Shown here: piece by piece, positions 58,064-64,000 of the stretch
How positions within the stretch are numbered: the first letter of the stretch is position 1
How the letters are laid out: the number at the start of each line of letters is the position of its first letter
NCBI GenBank assembly: GCA_963785725.1
Contig: CAWAWS010000008.1
Coordinates: 1 to 64,000 of the forward strand
Length of the DNA: 64,000 nucleotides
Source of the DNA: an uncultured delta proteobacterium
GTDB taxonomy: Bacteria > Myxococcota_A > Polyangia > Palsa-1104
Direction of reading: 5' to 3'
Translations under genes and position numbers: made by a program
The notes under the pieces: generated by a model
Told to the model about the DNA's origin: nothing
What the model saw: the letters and a program-made list of their open reading frames with translations, nothing else
The model's database searches: none

Positions 58064-59605
58064 ATGAGCGGCGCGTTCTCCATCTCTCCCAGCTCCGAAT
58101 GGACCGTCGGTCGACGTCTCGACCGCTACGAGCTCCTCGGCGAGATCGCGCGCGGCGGGATGGGCACGGTGCTGTTGGCGCGCCTGGCCGGCGCCGGCGG
58201 CTTCTCGCGCCTGTTCGCCATCAAGATGCTGCACGCGCACCTCGCCGACGACGAGCACTTCGTCCACATGCTGCTCGACGAAGCGCACTTGGCGTCGCGC
58301 ATTCATCACTCGAACGTCGTGCCGGTCGTCGACATGTGTCGCAGCGAGCAGGGGCTCTACGTCGTCATGGAGTACGTCGACGGCTTCCCGTTCTCGCAGA
58401 TCTTGGCCTCGGCGGCGCTGACCGATCGCGAGCGCATCGCCATCGGCGTGCAGGCGCTGCTCGGCGTGCTCGGCGGCTTGGAGGCGGCGCACAACCTCGT
58501 CGACGACGACGGCGCGCCGCTCGGTCTCGTCCATCGCGACGTCTCGCCGCAGAACGTGCTCGTCGGCATCGACGGCTTGGCGCGGTTGGCCGACTTCGGC
58601 ATCGCCCGCGCCGCCGCTCGCTTGACGCACACCGAGCCGGGCACGCTCAAGGGCAAGCTCGCGTACATGGCGCCCGAGAGCGCGCGCGGCGAGCCGAGCG
58701 ATCGTCGCGCCGACGTCTTCTGCGCCGGCATCATGCTGTGGGAGTGCCTGAACGGCGGCCGGCTGTTCAAAGCCGACAACGAAGCGGCGACGCTGCTGCG
58801 ACTGCTGAGCGATCGCATCGCGCCGCCGCGACCGAACGCGACGGGCGCGGCCGCGGCGCTCGACGCCGTGTGCCTGCAGGCGCTCGAGCGCGACATCGGC
58901 CGGCGTTACGCCTCGGCGCACCAGATGGCAACGGCGTTGGCCACGGCCGCCGAGCAGGCCGGCTGTCTCATCTCGCCCATCGCCGTCGGTGATTTGCTGT
59001 GCGCGCGCTTCGCCAGCGAGATCGAGCGGCGGCGCGCCAAGATCCGCGGCATGCGCACGTCGCCGTCGCAGCCGGGGATCGACCTCGGCGCCGCGCTGCC
59101 GGCGCTGGCGACCACCTACGACGGCGAGCCTTCGAGCGCGAGCGCGTTCAGCCTGCCGCTGCAGATCACGGTCGAGACGATGATCGGTCACCTGTCGGCG
59201 CCGCAGCCCAAGGTGCGCACGCGGTTGAGCGCGGCGACGCTCGCGATCGTGACGTCGCTGTTGGTGGCGGTGGTGGCGGGCGGCATTTGGCTCCGGCGCG
59301 TCGAGCTCGGTCATGACCGCGCCACGCCGCCGACGGCTGCGACTGCGGCGACGGTCGCGCCGGTTCGGCCGGCGGTCGCGCCGACGCGTCCGGCCGGCGC
59401 GCCCGGCGCTGCGGCGGTCGCGCCGACTGCCGCGTCCGACTGTGCCGCGGACGCGACGGCGCCGGCCGGCGTCTGCCCGCCCGCGGGCGAGCCGACGCGA
59501 CCGGTCGCTCACGGCAGCCACGTCCATCACGGCAGCAGCAGCAGCTCGCGCCACGGTCACGGCAATCACGGCTCGCCGACGTTGGAAGCGAATCCGTACA
59601 TGTAG
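58064..59605 (+). CDS. Membrane Ser/Thr protein kinase
   Basis: IARGGMGTV, FAIK, HRDVSPQN, DFG, GKLAYMAPE, TM, C-terminal NPYM. Confidence 0.92.
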   Translation: MSGAFSISPSSEWTVGRRLDRYELLGEIARGGMGTVLLARLAGAGGFSRLFAIKMLHAHLADDEHFVHMLLDEAHLASRIHHSNVVPVVDMCRSEQGLYVVMEYVDGFPFSQILASAALTDRERIAIGVQALLGVLGGLEAAHNLVDDDGAPLGLVHRDVSPQNVLVGIDGLARLADFGIARAAARLTHTEPGTLKGKLAYMAPESARGEPSDRRADVFCAGIMLWECLNGGRLFKADNEAATLLRLLSDRIAPPRPNATGAAAALDAVCLQALERDIGRRYASAHQMATALATAAEQAGCLISPIAVGDLLCARFASEIERRRAKIRGMRTSPSQPGIDLGAALPALATTYDGEPSSASAFSLPLQITVETMIGHLSAPQPKVRTRLSAATLAIVTSLLVAVVAGGIWLRRVELGHDRATPPTAATAATVAPVRPAVAPTRPAGAPGAAAVAPTAASDCAADATAPAGVCPPAGEPTRPVAHGSHVHHGSSSSSRHGHGNHGSPTLEANPYM

Positions 59606-59623
59606 CAACCCGAGGGCCCCACG

Positions 59624-60595
59624 ATGCATCGCGCCGTCCGCCTTTGTCGCCGTCTGTCTCGCCTCGTGGTCGTCGCTGCCGTCGTGGCGAGCGCGGGCTG
59701 TCACCTATTCGATCCGCGCCTGTTCGAGCAGCCCGGCGACGGCGGCCCGCCCGGCGTGGGCGGCAACGGCGGCGGCAGCGGCAATGGCGGCGGCACTAAC
59801 GGCGGCGGCGGCGGCGGCGGCAGTAACGGCGGCGGCGGCGGCGGTGGCGCGCCGAACGACCTCGGCGCCGGCGGCGGCGGCACGTCGGGCTCGTTGTGCG
59901 GCCGCTCCAGCCCGGTCAGCACCTGCCCCGGCAGCTTCCTCTTTTGCGACGGCTTCGAGAACGAGAGCGGCCAGACGTTCTCGCAGTGGAGCACCTTCTT
60001 CGCCGACGACTTCAAGGGCGGCGCCGCCAACCTCGGCACCACCATCGCCGTCGACAGCACCGAAGCCTGCCTCGGCGTCAACGCCTTGCACGCGAGCACC
60101 GGCGGGCAGAATCAGGAAGCGGTCGTCGTGCGCGACTTCACCGGCTGGCCCAACCCCGTCCACATTCGCTTCTTCCTCTTCATCAAGCAGCTCGGCTCGA
60201 AGTCGGGCCTGGTCGAGTTCCGCAACGGCAACGGCGATTTCTCGTCGCTCTTCGTCGCGCCACCGAGCGGCAGCGGCACGACGTCACACTTCGGCTTCGA
60301 GTCCATCTTCACGTCGAATCTGTCGACCATCGGCTCCGACCTCACGCTGGCGCACAATCAATGGCTGTGCGTCGAGCTGACGATGACGCTCGACGCCAAC
60401 AACGGCGCGGTGCACGTCGACCTCGACGGCAATGCGCTCGGCGACTTGAGCGGCCTCGAGACGCAGTCGAAGTCGGACGCCATGGACCGCATCGCCGTCG
60501 GGCCCATCACCGAGGACGACGCCGGCATCTTGGCGGTCAACGAAATCTACTTCGACGAAGTCGCGGTCTCGCCCAGCGCCATCGGCTGCATGTAG
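59624..60595 (+). CDS. Lipoprotein with a Gly-rich linker and beta-sandwich (lyase/ConA-like) domain
   Basis: Lipobox SAGC; FCDGFE, WLCVEL, IYFDEVAVS...IGC. Confidence 0.75.
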   Translation: MHRAVRLCRRLSRLVVVAAVVASAGCHLFDPRLFEQPGDGGPPGVGGNGGGSGNGGGTNGGGGGGGSNGGGGGGGAPNDLGAGGGGTSGSLCGRSSPVSTCPGSFLFCDGFENESGQTFSQWSTFFADDFKGGAANLGTTIAVDSTEACLGVNALHASTGGQNQEAVVVRDFTGWPNPVHIRFFLFIKQLGSKSGLVEFRNGNGDFSSLFVAPPSGSGTTSHFGFESIFTSNLSTIGSDLTLAHNQWLCVELTMTLDANNGAVHVDLDGNALGDLSGLETQSKSDAMDRIAVGPITEDDAGILAVNEIYFDEVAVSPSAIGCM

Positions 60596-60689
60596 CCGCC
60601 CCGTCCACGGCGTGCAATGACGACGTCGCGTGATGCGCCTCATTGGAGCGTTCGAGTCGCCGTTCTAGGCTGCGACGAGGAGTGTGCCC

Positions 60690-61550
60690 ATGTCGCGGAT
60701 CCTATCGCTCGCCTATTGCGTCCTGTTCGTCGTCGGCTGTGGTCAGGCGGAGCCGAGCAGCAACGACGCCTCGCGCTTCGTCACGACGGTGACGTGGGAC
60801 GCCAACTGTCAGCCGGTCATCGCCACGCAGGCCGTGCATCCCGATTCCATCGGCGTCGATCCGCACTGCGGGGGCAACGATCTGCTGCTCTCCGATAAGC
60901 CGCTCATCACCGGCAGCGGTGGCGGCGGCGGCACGGGCGGCGGCGGCGTCTCCGCCATCATCGATCCCACGAGCAACGCGCTCTGTCTGGCCAATCCCTT
61001 CGACACCGAATCGGTCAGTCTGAAGACGTTTCCTTATGCAGGCGGCGCCGGGCAGACGTGGGCGCATCACGTGGTCGCGTACATCGCGTCCAGCCAAAGT
61101 GGAGGGCTTTACAACGACGGCCAGGACGCGGGCATCGCGGCCTTCGATTATCATTTCGCGGTCAATCAGTATGCGACTGTTCCGGCCGCGGTTCAGAACG
61201 CCAATGGCGTCGAGTTCGACGCGCCCGGCGGCGCCACCGAATGCTCGAGCGGGCAATATCAGTGCGTCGGCGCTGTTCTGCAGCATTGCGACGGCTCGGC
61301 GCAGTGGCAGAACAGCGTCAATTGCGCGGCCTCGGGCTTGGCGTGCGACGCGGCCACCGGCAGCTGCACGTGCGCGCCGCCGGTCTGCGGGTCGAGCTGC
61401 GGCACGCTCACCAGCGCCTGCGGCGCCAGCGTCGACTGCGGCGGCTGCCAAGGCTATGCGCAGCGCTGCGTCGCCAACGAGTGCCGGACGACGTGCCATT
61501 GCGCCAAGGGCTTCGTCTGCGATCCCGACGGCGCCTGCATTCACCTCTGA
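60690..61550 (+). CDS. Cys-rich lipoprotein
   Basis: GAGGAG RBS; lipobox VVGC; dense Cys repeats (CGSSCG...ACGASVDCGGC). Confidence 0.75.
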   Translation: MSRILSLAYCVLFVVGCGQAEPSSNDASRFVTTVTWDANCQPVIATQAVHPDSIGVDPHCGGNDLLLSDKPLITGSGGGGGTGGGGVSAIIDPTSNALCLANPFDTESVSLKTFPYAGGAGQTWAHHVVAYIASSQSGGLYNDGQDAGIAAFDYHFAVNQYATVPAAVQNANGVEFDAPGGATECSSGQYQCVGAVLQHCDGSAQWQNSVNCAASGLACDAATGSCTCAPPVCGSSCGTLTSACGASVDCGGCQGYAQRCVANECRTTCHCAKGFVCDPDGACIHL

Positions 61551-61762
61551 CGCGTCGACTGACGCTCTCCCATCCGCGCTCGACGCCCGCGCGCTTGGCG
61601 TCCCGTGACCTGTTCTAGCTAGGCCGATCGGTTGCGGGCGCGGCTGGCCGACGGCCGCTGGTCGCCGTCGCTCCCGCTCGACGTTCGCTAGCCGAAGCCG
61701 CCGCCGCTGATTTGCCGAGACGCTTGACCGCGTCGGCGAGCTCATGTGGGATCATCATGTAG

Positions 61763-63373
61763 GTGGCATGCATCGGCGAAAACACCATCGTCGCCTGGGT
61801 CGACGGTAGCCTCGCGGCGACGGAGCGTGCGGGCGTGGAAGCGCACGTCGCCGGCTGTCCGCATTGCCGCGCCGTCTTGTCCGAGGTCGGCCGCTCGTCG
61901 CTCGTCGACGGCGCGCTGGCCCTGGCCGCGCCTGAAGGCGGCGCCGTCGCCGACGGCACCGTGCTCGCCGAGCGCTATCGCATCACCCGCTTCATCGCGC
62001 GCGGCGGCATGGGCGAGGTCTACGAAGCCGAAGACTTGGAGCTGCACGCGCCGGTCGCGCTCAAGATGATGCGCGCGGAGATGGCCGCCGATCCGCGCGC
62101 CATCGAGCGCTTCAAGCGCGAGACCCACCTGGCGCGGCGCGTGACGCATCCCAACGTCTGTCGCATCTTCGACGTCGGCTTCGTGCCGTCCGCGGGATTG
62201 CGCGTGCCGTTCCTGACGATGGAGCTGCTCGCCGGCGAGACGCTGAGCGAGTGGCTGTCACGCATCGTGCGGCTGACGGCGGAAGAGGCGCTGCCGCTGG
62301 CCGGCCAGCTGGCCGCCGGGCTGCAAGCGGCGCACGACGCCGGCATCGTCCATCGCGACTTCAAGAGCGCCAACATCGTGCTCGTGCCGACGCGCGACGA
62401 AGGCGGGCTGCGTGCCGTCGTCACCGACTTCGGCGTCGCCCGCGCCAGCGACGGGCTCGACTTCGCGGCGACGCACTCGAGCACGCGCGGCATCGTCGGC
62501 TCGCCCGGCTACATGGCGCCCGAGCAGCTGCAAGGCGGCGAGGCCACGGCGGCGGCCGACGTCTACGCGTACGGCGTCGTGCTCTACGAAATGGTGACCG
62601 GCCACTTGCCATTCGAGGAGAAGACGGCGCTGTTGACGGCGCTGCGACGCCTCGAGCATCCGCCGACCTCGCCGCGCGTGCACGTGCCGGAGCTGGACGC
62701 GGTTTGGGAGCGCGTGCTGCTGAAGTGTCTCGCGCGCGAGACAGAGCTGCGCTTCGCCTCCGTGGCGGCGGCGTATCAGGCGCTCGGCGGCGATGGCGCG
62801 ACGCGCTTTACGATGCCGGCGGCGGGGCGTTGGCCGCGACCGGAGGTGCGCGACCGCCCGCCGTCGCCGTCGCCCTGGGCCGCGACGGTGCCGGCGCGAG
62901 GCGCGCGGCGTCGTCGTAAACCGGTGCTGCTCCTCGGTTTCGCGCTGGCCGCGCTGTCGTCGCTGGCGGTCGGCGCCGCGGTCTGGCAGCGACAGACGCA
63001 CCCGCCGCCGCCGCCGACGACGCCGACGCTGCCGCGCTCGTCGCCGAATACGCCGTCGCCGGCGAAGACGCCGTCGCTCGCGAATGGGCCGGCGTTGTCG
63101 AATACGCCGGCGCAGCAGGCGATCGCGGCCGTGCCCAGCCCGCTCTCGGCGATGCCCGCGCTCATCCGCAGCGATCCGCCGGGCGCGCGCGTGTCAGTCG
63201 ACGGCCAGGCGGTCGGCGTGACGCCGTTGACGCTCTCGACCGCGCCGCCGTTTGCGCTGCAGCTGACGCTGCCCGGCTATCGTCCCGTGCGGCGTCGCGT
63301 GACCGCGGCCGGCACGATTAACGTCCGTATGATTACGCTAGCCACGCCCGCGAGCCGACTTCTCGACGAGTAG
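61763..63373 (+). CDS. Ser/Thr kinase with N-terminal zinc finger (zf-HC2), TM and C-terminal PEGA domain
   Basis: HVAGCPHC; IARGGMGEVY, VALK, HRDFKSAN, DFG, YMAPE; SDPPGARVSVDGQAVGVTP. Confidence 0.92.
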   Translation: MACIGENTIVAWVDGSLAATERAGVEAHVAGCPHCRAVLSEVGRSSLVDGALALAAPEGGAVADGTVLAERYRITRFIARGGMGEVYEAEDLELHAPVALKMMRAEMAADPRAIERFKRETHLARRVTHPNVCRIFDVGFVPSAGLRVPFLTMELLAGETLSEWLSRIVRLTAEEALPLAGQLAAGLQAAHDAGIVHRDFKSANIVLVPTRDEGGLRAVVTDFGVARASDGLDFAATHSSTRGIVGSPGYMAPEQLQGGEATAAADVYAYGVVLYEMVTGHLPFEEKTALLTALRRLEHPPTSPRVHVPELDAVWERVLLKCLARETELRFASVAAAYQALGGDGATRFTMPAAGRWPRPEVRDRPPSPSPWAATVPARGARRRRKPVLLLGFALAALSSLAVGAAVWQRQTHPPPPPTTPTLPRSSPNTPSPAKTPSLANGPALSNTPAQQAIAAVPSPLSAMPALIRSDPPGARVSVDGQAVGVTPLTLSTAPPFALQLTLPGYRPVRRRVTAAGTINVRMITLATPASRLLDE

Positions 63374-63424
63374 TTGTTGACAGGCGCGGCGCGTTCGGCG
63401 CCAATTGCGCAGAAGTTGCTGGGC

Positions 63425-64000
63425 ATGGAAACCGTTCGTCCTCTTTTTCTTCGCGGTCGCGCTGTGCGTGTCACTGGCCGGCGCCTCTATCGCTCACGCG
63501 GCTCCGGCTGCGTCCGACGTCGAGGCCGAGGCCGAGATGCTCAAGGCCAAGCAGGCGATGGAGCGCGCGCAGTACGACGTCGCCGTCGGGCACTTGCTCG
63601 TCGCGCGCTCGCTCGTGCCGAACGCGTCGGGGCCGTACTTGAACTTCGGGCGTCGCCTACGAGCGGCTCGGTCGCTGCGCCGAGGCGGTGCCGCTGCTCG
63701 AGGAGTATCTGCGCCGCAAGCCGCAGTCGCCGAGCCCGATCGCGGCGCGCAGCTTGGCCGCCTGTCGCGCGCAAGCGACCGCTGCCGCGCCGCCGGCGCC
63801 CGCTTCACCGGCAGCGACGACGCCATCGGCGCCGGCAGCGACGACGCCGTCCGCGCCGGCAGCGACGACGCCGTCATCGCCGGCTGTCGACGACGGGCCG
63901 GACGCGCCGCGCGTGAGCACGCCGGCCGATGGTCAGCCGGCGCAGCTGCCTTACGCGCAAGTGGGCGGCGTCGGGCCGGCTGCGGCTGCCGAGCCGTCGC
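63425..64000 (+). CDS. Exported TPR protein, frameshifted and running off the window end
   Basis: After correcting indels near 63446 and 63650 it reads as signal peptide, AKQAMERAQYDVAVGHL...GVAYERLGRCAEAVPLLEEYL, then a Pro/Ala linker. Confidence 0.65.
63808..63879 (+). repeat. Three 24-bp coding tandem repeats (PAATTPSA)
   Basis: ccggcagcgacgacgcc(a/g)tcnncg x3. Confidence 0.85.

Noticed and set aside
63808..63879. Direct repeats as a possible CRISPR array
   Set aside because: Contiguous 24-bp in-frame coding repeats with no spacers and no cas genes

Overview
Very GC-rich bacterial chromosome segment, almost certainly Myxococcota (Polyangia-like): it has a MYXO-CTERM protein, three Ser/Thr kinases, TPR/PEGA proteins and many Cys-rich lipoproteins. 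About 50 protein-coding genes can be supported. I saw no rRNA, tRNA, CRISPR array, transposase or integrase. Several genes carry small indels that look like long-read consensus errors. The most unusual element is a six-gene minus-strand operon (5508-12534) in which every junction is a 4-nt stop/start overlap. It encodes a polytopic membrane protein with an apparently dead M48/M56-type peptidase fold (HExxH reads RELGR), a stand-alone MotA/MotB-like ion-motor pair, two Cys-rich envelope proteins of unknown function, and a KBL/AONS-family PLP-enzyme homologue that has lost its Schiff-base lysine. Other points: a TetX-like monooxygenase/TetR pair with twin perfect operators; an orphan CzcA with a 4-Cys insertion and a perfect ATTAC-N6-GTAAT box; back-to-back GGAAC-N16-CGTT ECF promoters; a sigma54 promoter; a palindrome shared by two distant intergenic regions; a GH43 with an unrecognised duplicated Cys domain; and recurring D-[LM]-x linker repeats in exported proteins. 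All family assignments come from motif recognition by eye, not database searches.
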